In this document: in pieces, positions 57,242 through 64,000 of the stretch
Layout of the letters: every line of letters begins with the position of its first letter
How positions within the stretch are numbered: the stretch's first letter is position 1
DNA from: an uncultured Anaerolineales bacterium
Lineage (GTDB): Bacteria; Chloroflexota; Anaerolineae; Anaerolineales; UBA6663
NCBI GenBank assembly: GCA_964608265.1
Contig: CAZSNP010000011.1
Coordinates: 15,488 to 79,487 of the forward strand
Reading direction: 5' to 3'
DNA: 64,000 nucleotides
The notes under the pieces: model-generated
What the model was told of the DNA's origin: nothing
What the model saw: only the letters and a program-made list of their open reading frames with translations
The model's database searches: none
Translations under genes and position numbers: made by a program

Positions 57242-57961
57242 TCAATCATGCCCGCCCACATACATCCGAATCATCCTGTGCCAGTACGGCCAGTCGTGGC
57301 TCCAGCCATCCCACTCGCGCAGGGCGTTGCCGATGCCCTTGCTCCACAACTGGCCGCTGAACCAGCGGTTGTGCTCGATGTTCGGGTCGTCGCGGCCCAG
57401 CGCCATGATGATGTCGAGCCGTTGCAACAGGCGGAGGCGCCCCGGGTCGTGCTCGCGCGGCAGGTAGAGCGCCGGGTTGTGATAATACACCGTGTCGTTC
57501 ACGTAGCCATCCGTCCACTTGCCGATGTCGTACAGCCCACTCAGGGCGATGATGCGATTGGTGATGTCGGGATGCCGCAGGCCGAAGTTCATGGCGTGGT
57601 ACGCGCCGAAGCTCGCGCCGGCCACGATCAAGTACGGCGTCCAGTTCTTGTGCGAGATGAACGGCATCACCTCGTACACGAGGTAGTCGTCGTACTGCTG
57701 ATTGCGCCACGCCCGCCCGCCGGGATGCGCCCAGCGCGCATACCAGCTCTCGGCATCCACGCTATCCACACAGAACATCTGCAACCAGCCGCGGTCGAGG
57801 TGCTCCCACAGCGCGCCGGTCATGTTGCGGTCTTCCCACTCGTAGAACTTGCCCATCGAGGTGGGGAAGGCGAGCATGCGCGCGCCGCCGTGCCCGAATA
57901 CGAGCAACTCCATATTGCGGTTGAGCGAGGGGCTGTACCAGCGGTGGTATTCACGGTGCAT
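57242..57961 (-). CDS. Esterase family alpha/beta hydrolase (PF00756-like), paralog 2
   Basis: Start at MHREYHRWYSPSLNRNMELLVFG, which aligns with paralog 1. Nucleophile elbow GASFGAY. Confidence 0.7.
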   Translation of the reverse strand: MHREYHRWYSPSLNRNMELLVFGHGGARMLAFPTSMGKFYEWEDRNMTGALWEHLDRGWLQMFCVDSVDAESWYARWAHPGGRAWRNQQYDDYLVYEVMPFISHKNWTPYLIVAGASFGAYHAMNFGLRHPDITNRIIALSGLYDIGKWTDGYVNDTVYYHNPALYLPREHDPGRLRLLQRLDIIMALGRDDPNIEHNRWFSGQLWSKGIGNALREWDGWSHDWPYWHRMIRMYVGGHD

Positions 57962-58112
57962 AATTATTCCGAAAGTAAAAGGCAGGCGGAAAGGAACGGG
58001 CACACGCCCCATGGCAATTTGCTCACGTACGTGGCAACAATGGCTGAAACAGCCACCCAGACTGTTGGTGTCCAGCCGGTTTTGGAGTCGAGGCTACATT
58101 CATCACCGCAGG

Positions 58113-59219
58113 TTAGGGTGGTGGATAACCTTGTGGACACCCTGGGAGACAGGTTGGTGTTCGCGTTGGCGTCCGCGTTGGGGTAGGAGTTGAAAAAGGA
58201 GTATTGGTTCGAGTGGGTGTCCTCGTAGCCGTGGATGTTGGCGTAGGAGTGGGCGCCTCGTGTTTCAAGATAATCGGCAAAAAATCCCAGCCACACGAAT
58301 AATGATGATTCTGTGGCGTATCAATATACTGAGGTGGGGGATTAGAAATCAGCGACCGATTAGGCAGCGTAAGTGCCATTGGGCCCCAAAACGCAATTGC
58401 TTGCCCACCACTTTGATATGTAGGAGGATTTGCCGCACATCCCCAAATTAACTCCTGATAAGGCCAGTTCGCACGAGTTTGACCGCCTTGACCACATTGC
58501 CATGAACTACGCGGCCACGGGAATCGTGGGTTATTGGGGTTATTGATGTACCCAAATCCATTGTAAGCCCAGACAGCGTAGTACCAGTTTTCCACAATCA
58601 TCGGATCGTTTTGGCCGATATTGTGATCAAAGTCGAATATGATGCCATTCCATTTTCGTTGAAGGATGAGGGTGCCGGTTCCAATGTTGTAAACAGGTTC
58701 TGCCGCAACGCGACTCGGGCTGAATAGGCCTCCGAGTCCATCATTCATGCCTGAAGTGATTTGCATGATTCCATAGCCGCAGTCAGCGCTTATGTATGTG
58801 TTACCGATGCTACCGTAAGTAGATACATTGAATTGGAACCAACCTGTAACTTCGGTATAGCCAATGGCTTTCAGGAGTATGCAGGGCGCATAGGCGCGAT
58901 GATTGGCGTTGCCATTGCGATTTATCGGATAGCCTGACCACAACCGAGCTTGACCTGGGCCGCTGCTACCCAAGTTGTTAAGACCAGCCTGGTCGAATGA
59001 TGGAGCCAACTCAGATGGAAAGGGTTGCCGGCCACTCGCTGCAGGCTGAGGGCAAGTTTGAGCATTACATGTGGTTGGGACAGCCGTAGCAACAAGGGCC
59101 AGCGCGATTACGAGCGCGACACAACCAAAGAGCAGATAGCGAAGTACGGATCTAAGCGTGTTCGGCACTAACGGGTTGGCGTTTAGCATAGGATTTACCC
59201 TCCCACAAGCCAAATGCAA
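58113..59219 (-). CDS. Secreted lysozyme-like / lytic transglycosylase-like protein with a C-terminal Pro/Thr tail (start uncertain)
   Basis: N-terminal anchor LLFGCVALVIALALVATAV. GYGIMQITSG and AVWAYNGFGY resemble the SLT G-L-M-Q and A-Y-N-x-G motifs. Tail TPTPTSTATRTPTRTNTPFSTPTPTRTPTRTPT. Lower GC. Confidence 0.45.
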   Translation of the reverse strand: MHLACGRVNPMLNANPLVPNTLRSVLRYLLFGCVALVIALALVATAVPTTCNAQTCPQPAASGRQPFPSELAPSFDQAGLNNLGSSGPGQARLWSGYPINRNGNANHRAYAPCILLKAIGYTEVTGWFQFNVSTYGSIGNTYISADCGYGIMQITSGMNDGLGGLFSPSRVAAEPVYNIGTGTLILQRKWNGIIFDFDHNIGQNDPMIVENWYYAVWAYNGFGYINNPNNPRFPWPRSSWQCGQGGQTRANWPYQELIWGCAANPPTYQSGGQAIAFWGPMALTLPNRSLISNPPPQYIDTPQNHHYSCGWDFLPIILKHEAPTPTPTSTATRTPTRTNTPFSTPTPTRTPTRTPTCLPGCPQGYPPP

Positions 59220-59231
59220 AAGCCTGAGCAG

Positions 59232-60539
59232 CTATTGTAGCCAGCCGATGAACTCTATTTGATACGGTGATGACACAATATTGCTGCTTGACCCGTCACG
59301 TTTGAGCACCACAAGATCGCTCCCACTATTGGTAAACACTCCAGTTGTGATCCATTCCCCATCCTGTGACCAACCTTGCGGTACGAAAATGCCTTCTGTG
59401 GAGCCTGTCAATGTCGTTTCCTGTCCGCTATCCAAATTGTACAACCGCAACTCAGATGTACCACCTACTGCTGCCGGCGGAATGTTGAGGACTATTTCGC
59501 GCCCATCATTGCTCCAAACCGGATTGTATAGCTCGTCACTGGCTCCTTCGACTACCGTAGTGACCTGTCGTTGGGCATCGGTTGGGACAATCACGACAGC
59601 GTACTCGCGCGGCTGCCCCGATGATGTAATCGTGCAAAGAAGGTTTGCGGCATTTGGAGATAGAAAATAACAACGCGGGGTTGTTTCGGATGATACGTAC
59701 CGGATGAACTCAGTTGTACCTACCAGAGTGGAGCGCCGCAGTTCATACTGTGCTCCGCTTCCAAGAAGATAATAGAAGTGCTCTCCGTCTGAAGACCAGT
59801 CCAGAGGCCAGAGCCAGGACGTGTCGTTTGCGGTCACGATAGTCTGCTCTTCGCGAGTGTTGACATCTATGATGGCAATGCTTTGAGTGTACGGTGGTTC
59901 GAGTGATGTTTGCCTGCTAAAGGCTATACGCTGATCATCTGGCGACCATAATGGGTAGTTGATGTAACGCCCGATATCCACCTGACTTGCAAGCAAGACC
60001 GGCCCAGATCCATTCATGTCTGCCACCCAAAGCCTTCCTGCCAGCGGGTTAGTGCCAAAACCGGTCGGCACCATTACATACGCGATTTTGCTCTTATCAT
60101 GAGAGACATTTGCATGTACACCAAATTGACTTTCATCCTGAACAGCCTGAATAGGAAGACGAATATCAGGATTAGCAGCATTAGCGGCCCAAATAGTCAC
60201 ACTTGCCCCTGTGGTTTCTTTGTAGAGCAAGGCCGCGCCTTCCGGCAAAGCTGAGGCAGTCGGAATCGCGGTTGGTTGTAAAGTCGGAGCCGTTGTAGAA
60301 ACGATGGGTGGGGTAGCCGATTGTACTGGAGGGGGGTAAGCTGATGGAACTATAGTCGACGTTGGCAGCGTAGGAGGTGGATAAGCAGGAGGCGTTTCTG
60401 ATTGAGAGAGATCATAAGTGGGAGATGCAACTGAGGCTGATTGCTGGCCGCCAGTAAACAGCCACGTCAAGAGCACGATTAATGCCAGAAATACAGCTAA
60501 TCCGATTACGCCGCTGACAATTCCGCGAAGTCGCATCAT
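59232..60539 (-). CDS. Membrane-anchored TolB-like beta-propeller protein
   Basis: N-terminal TM VIGLAVFLALIVLLTWLF and a P/T/S-rich linker. Repeated PD40-like blades: LWSPDDQRIAFSR, DWSSDGEHFYYL, VWSNDGREIVL and GWSQDGEWITT. AGGAGG SD upstream. Lower GC. Confidence 0.6.
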   Translation of the reverse strand: MMRLRGIVSGVIGLAVFLALIVLLTWLFTGGQQSASVASPTYDLSQSETPPAYPPPTLPTSTIVPSAYPPPVQSATPPIVSTTAPTLQPTAIPTASALPEGAALLYKETTGASVTIWAANAANPDIRLPIQAVQDESQFGVHANVSHDKSKIAYVMVPTGFGTNPLAGRLWVADMNGSGPVLLASQVDIGRYINYPLWSPDDQRIAFSRQTSLEPPYTQSIAIIDVNTREEQTIVTANDTSWLWPLDWSSDGEHFYYLLGSGAQYELRRSTLVGTTEFIRYVSSETTPRCYFLSPNAANLLCTITSSGQPREYAVVIVPTDAQRQVTTVVEGASDELYNPVWSNDGREIVLNIPPAAVGGTSELRLYNLDSGQETTLTGSTEGIFVPQGWSQDGEWITTGVFTNSGSDLVVLKRDGSSSNIVSSPYQIEFIGWLQ

Positions 60540-60702
60540 CGGAGCCTCCTATGTGCTTCTGCACCCTTTAGCTGCTCAGGGGGCTACGTTCACAGTTAGA
60601 GAATAGAGCCATCTCGTTGTGTAGTCAATAGTCAGCCTTACCAAGCCCGCACTTCATTACGGGTTCGACATGTCATACGAATTGCGTGCCAAGCCAATTC
60701 CG

Positions 60703-62349
60703 TTACACATCAATCAAGGAGTAAAAGTCTTTCAACCCATCCTCCACCCGCTCCGGGTTTTCCGGGTCGGCGGCCCAGCGCGTGCGGTCAATCAAGAACT
60801 TGTACGCGTGCGTGCCGGGGCAGAAGGCGGGCACGGTCAGCCGCCACGCGCCCGGCGCGAACTCGTGCAACTCGTAGCCGTACGGCAACCAGTGATTGAA
60901 GCTGCCCACCACCGCCACCTGTCGCGCGTCTTTATCATAATAGTAAAAGGTGATGGTGCGCTGAGGCGAAATCGGCGTGGGGTCCTGCTCAGCGGCCAGG
61001 CGCAGGGCAGCGGCCACCGCCTTCGCGCCGTTCACCGCGCCATGGCCCTGCTTCTCGGCGGGCACGTTCGGCAGCGCCTCGGCGGTGGCGGTGAGCAGCG
61101 CCTTCACCTGCGTCGGGGTCAGCGCCGGGTTGGCTTCGAGCATCTGGGCGACGATGGCCGACACAATCGGCGCGGCCATGCTCGTACCATCCACGTGTTG
61201 ATAGTGCGGATGGATGAACTTCTGCTCGACGATGCGCTCGCGGATGATGGCGCGAATCTCGGGCAGCGACAGGCCCAGCGTCTTTCTCGAAAAGCGCTTC
61301 TGCGCCTGCGGGGTGCGCAACTCCCTTTCGAGTTTCCGGTCGCTTAACGCCTCGAGTTTCCAGAGATATTGCGCCTCGTTGTGCGTGCTCGTCCTCGGCA
61401 GCATCGGTGCGGGCAGCCACAGCGCCGGGGCGACGACCTCCGGCTTGCGGACTCCGTGCGCGCCCGCGCCGTAACTGCTCCAATACAACTTGTGCCGCGC
61501 CCGGTCGAGCGAGTTGGCGTCATCCACCCCGCCCACGGTGATGGCGGACGGAGCGGAGGCCGGCGGCATCAGCCCGCGCTCGCCGCTATTGCCCGCCGCG
61601 CACACCACCACCAGCCCCGCTGCCACCGCCTGTTCCACTTTCTCGTCGAGGTCGGTGAGCCGGCCGGTATTCACGTAGTCGCCGCCGAGCGAGAGGTTGA
61701 CCACGCGGATGTTGAAGCGTTCGCGATTCGCCACTACCCAGCGCAGCGCGCGCCCGATATCACGCTCGGAGATGTGGCGCGGGTTGCGGCGATTGCCCGT
61801 CTTCACCAGCACCGCGGTCGCGCGGTACGCGATGCCGCGATAGCGCCCGGCGCTCATAAAGCCGTTGCCCACACCGATGCCCGTCGTCATCAGCCCGTGC
61901 CAACTCATCACCGTCACCTTGCCGGTCGCGGCGCGCTCCTCCGGCTCGTTCATCGTCGCATCGCAATACGCCACGATGCGGTTGGTCGGTTTGGTCAGGT
62001 CGGGGTGCGGATAGAAGCCTGAATCGAGAAACGCAATCGTTTGGCCCTGGCCGGTGTATTTGGGATTGATGGGGACGCGGGCCGGGGTCGGGAGCAAGTG
62101 CGCGTTGTCGCGCGCGTAGGCGGGGAAGGGGAGGTGCAATTCGGCTTGCAGTGAAGTGGCGCTCTCCGCGTCGCGCGCGCGCCGGGCCGCGCGGAACACG
62201 CACTCCGGGCACGCGCCCTCCGCCGGCGACCACTCGGGATGATGGGCTTGCAACTCGTGCGCGATGTGCGGCTCCGGTTCACGCAGCAGGTTGCGGATGG
62301 CGGGGTCTATAGGGTTGTGGCAGATGGGGCACGTTGTGGGAACGGGCAC
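60703..62349 (-). CDS. S8 (subtilisin-like) serine peptidase with an N-terminal Cys4 zinc ribbon and a C-terminal CBM48/AMPK-GBD-like domain
   Basis: CPICHNPIDP...CPECV. Triad contexts IAFLDSGF, SWHGLMTTG and DGTSMAAPIVS. C-terminal ITFYYYDKDARQVAVVGSFNHW...GTHAYKFLIDRTRWAADPENP. No signal peptide. Confidence 0.82.
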   Translation of the reverse strand: MPVPTTCPICHNPIDPAIRNLLREPEPHIAHELQAHHPEWSPAEGACPECVFRAARRARDAESATSLQAELHLPFPAYARDNAHLLPTPARVPINPKYTGQGQTIAFLDSGFYPHPDLTKPTNRIVAYCDATMNEPEERAATGKVTVMSWHGLMTTGIGVGNGFMSAGRYRGIAYRATAVLVKTGNRRNPRHISERDIGRALRWVVANRERFNIRVVNLSLGGDYVNTGRLTDLDEKVEQAVAAGLVVVCAAGNSGERGLMPPASAPSAITVGGVDDANSLDRARHKLYWSSYGAGAHGVRKPEVVAPALWLPAPMLPRTSTHNEAQYLWKLEALSDRKLERELRTPQAQKRFSRKTLGLSLPEIRAIIRERIVEQKFIHPHYQHVDGTSMAAPIVSAIVAQMLEANPALTPTQVKALLTATAEALPNVPAEKQGHGAVNGAKAVAAALRLAAEQDPTPISPQRTITFYYYDKDARQVAVVGSFNHWLPYGYELHEFAPGAWRLTVPAFCPGTHAYKFLIDRTRWAADPENPERVEDGLKDFYSLIDV

Positions 62350-62481
62350 AGCCCGATTTTACTACGAGAGTTCGCGCCAAGTCGCCCAACAATCACTCGC
62401 CAAGCTCGCAAAGTGCGCCAAGAGAAACCAGAAAATCTCTGCGGCCTTGGTGTGCTTTGCGAGAGATATCCCGTTGCGTGC

Positions 62482-62514
62482 AAAATGAGACGGCGGACTA
62501 TGTAGCCCGCCGTC
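62482..62514 (-). terminator. Terminator-like hairpin after rpoD
   Basis: Plus-strand arms gacggcgg (62489-62496) and ccgccgtc (62507-62514) form an 8-bp stem with a 10-nt loop. TCATTTTG follows on the minus strand. Confidence 0.5.
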
Positions 62515-62522
62515 GGTTTGCC

Positions 62523-63707
62523 TCAGCTCAGGTAGTCGCGCAATTGCCGCGCGCGGCGCGGGTGGCGCAACCGGCGCAGGGCCTTGCCCTCGATCTGGCG
62601 GATGCGTTCGCGCGTCAGCCCGAACTTCTGCCCGACCTCTTCGAGCGTGTACGCGCGCCCGTTCTGCAGGCCGAAGCGCAGGCGCAGGATGCGGCTCTCG
62701 CGCGGGGTGAGCGTGCTCAGCACCGACTCGAGCTGTTCACGGAGCATATTGGCGTGCGCGCTCTGCGTCGGCGTGGGGGTGTGCTCGTCCTCGACGAAGT
62801 TGCCGAACTCGGCGTCGTCGTCCTCGCCCACCGGGCGCTCGAGCGACAGCGGCCGCCAGCTTACCTTCAGCATCCACTGCACCTTGCGCGAGTCCAGCTT
62901 CAACTCGTCGGCGATCTCCTCCGGGGTGGGCTTGCGGCCCAGTTGCTGCTCCAACTCGCGGGCCGCCTTGTACAGCCGGCGGATGCGGTCGCTCATGTGC
63001 ACCGGCACGCGGATGGTGCGGCTCTGGTCGGCGATGGCGCGGGTGATCGTTTGCCGGATCCACCACGTCGCGTACGTCGAGAAGCGGAAGCCGCGCCGGT
63101 AGTCGAACTTTTCCACCGCCTTCATCAGCCCGAGGTTGCCCTCCTGAATCAAATCGAGGAAGGGCACGCCGCGGCCCATGTACTTCTTTGCAATCGAAAC
63201 CACGAGCCGCGTATTGGCTTTGATGATGTGTTCGCGCGCGGCGCGCGCATCTTCGAGGTGGCCCTGCAATTCGGCGCGGCGGCGCAGGCTGGCGTTGCCC
63301 GGCATCCGCTCCAGCACCTGCTCGGCCTTCCCGCCGCGCTCGATGCGTTTGGCCAAATCCACTTCCTGCTCGTTGGTCAGCAGCGGCACCCGCGCCATCT
63401 CTTTGAGATACAGCCCGACCGTATCGTCGGTGGAGATGGTGCTCAGGTCGAAGTCCTCATCCTCGAGGCGACGGCGATGCGCGGCGCGCATGTGCAACTG
63501 CGCCGGCACCTGTTTGCGATCATCGTACACCTCGATGTCGCAGCCGTGCAGAAAGGCAAACAGCTCGTCCAGATGTTCGCGGGCCGCCTCGGCGTGCGGG
63601 AAGGCATCGATGATGTCGTCGGTCAGGAGGTAGCCCTGGGCGCTGGCCCGCTCCATCAACAGGGTGAGCCGCTCCGCATCCTGACCGTTGTTCTGGGTGT
63701 ATTTCAT
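62523..63707 (-). CDS. rpoD: Primary RNA polymerase sigma factor (RpoD/SigA)
   Basis: [61 protein letters not shown], and region 4.2 [21 protein letters not shown]. Confidence 0.95.
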   Translation of the reverse strand: MKYTQNNGQDAERLTLLMERASAQGYLLTDDIIDAFPHAEAAREHLDELFAFLHGCDIEVYDDRKQVPAQLHMRAAHRRRLEDEDFDLSTISTDDTVGLYLKEMARVPLLTNEQEVDLAKRIERGGKAEQVLERMPGNASLRRRAELQGHLEDARAAREHIIKANTRLVVSIAKKYMGRGVPFLDLIQEGNLGLMKAVEKFDYRRGFRFSTYATWWIRQTITRAIADQSRTIRVPVHMSDRIRRLYKAARELEQQLGRKPTPEEIADELKLDSRKVQWMLKVSWRPLSLERPVGEDDDAEFGNFVEDEHTPTPTQSAHANMLREQLESVLSTLTPRESRILRLRFGLQNGRAYTLEEVGQKFGLTRERIRQIEGKALRRLRHPRRARQLRDYLS

Positions 63708-63733
63708 AGCTGACCTCCGAATGGGTGATGAAA

Positions 63734-64000
63734 CTACGTTTCGTCCGGGCGCTCATCTTCGAGCAAACGGCGCAGCTCGGCGAAGCGCGGGTCCAGCGGC
63801 GCTTCGGCCTGCATGTGGCCGCAGGTTCCGTCGTTCCAGTTCTGGCCGCAGGTGGGGCATAGACCTTTGCAGTCCGGCTTGCACAGCACATGCATCGGCA
63901 CCGACAGCAGCATGTCCTCGCGCACCACCGGTGAGAAATCCAAATTCATATCTTCCGGAATGCTCAGCCCCTCGGCCGGCGCGGTCTCCGGCGGGAAGTG
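63734..64000 (-). CDS. yceD: YceD/DUF177 family protein, 5' partial (continues beyond the window end)
   Basis: The frame is open to nt 64000. C-terminal [23 protein letters not shown] is the typical DUF177 Cys cluster. Confidence 0.7.
   Translation of the reverse strand, partial: HFPPETAPAEGLSIPEDMNLDFSPVVREDMLLSVPMHVLCKPDCKGLCPTCGQNWNDGTCGHMQAEAPLDPRFAELRRLLEDERPDET

Noticed and set aside
62334-63713. 459-aa plus-strand ORF.
   Set aside because: It is antisense to rpoD, which is unambiguous.

Overview
High-GC bacterial chromosomal window. Hand counts on 60-nt lines give about 65-70% GC in most coding regions. All calls come from reading the ORF translations and the DNA by eye; no searches were run. 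Gene style (split methylmalonyl-CoA mutase, GT-C glycosyltransferases, Pro/Thr linkers, apparently leaderless starts, word-like intergenic repeats) suggests a Chloroflexota-like organism, which I cannot verify. About 55 protein genes are supported.

Gene content, left to right:
- Surface polysaccharide genes: BNR protein, GT4, and a Wzz/BY-kinase-GAF fusion.
- A minus-strand propionyl-CoA/methylmalonyl-CoA operon (accC, BCCP, mutase, epimerase) with two large GT-C glycosyltransferases inserted in it.
- Thiolase, then an arginase-fold protein.
- A co-oriented DNA-repair block: NurA, a stand-alone HAS-barrel protein, HerA, YcaQ/AlkZ-like glycosylase, SbcD/Mre11 and SbcC/Rad50. It is interrupted by a low-GC VapBC module and pstB debris.
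- Housekeeping genes: mtaD, htrA-like, fadD, ftsH, fabF, folP, folK, secG, csp, rpoD.
- A minus-strand cluster of four ATP-dependent carboxylate-amine ligases plus two esterases, with a decayed HicAB module inside it.
- Two lower-GC islands encoding secreted or anchored proteins.

The strongest candidates for undescribed biology are the nurA/HAS-barrel/herA trio within the repair block and the multi-ligase/esterase cluster. Non-coding structure is also rich:
- a 13-bp GGATG tandem array;
- a MITE-like family with CCCTCTCCC/GGGAGAGGG hairpins;
- hairpin elements built from short words in many intercistronic gaps.

No tRNA, rRNA, CRISPR array, transposase or integrase was recognised.
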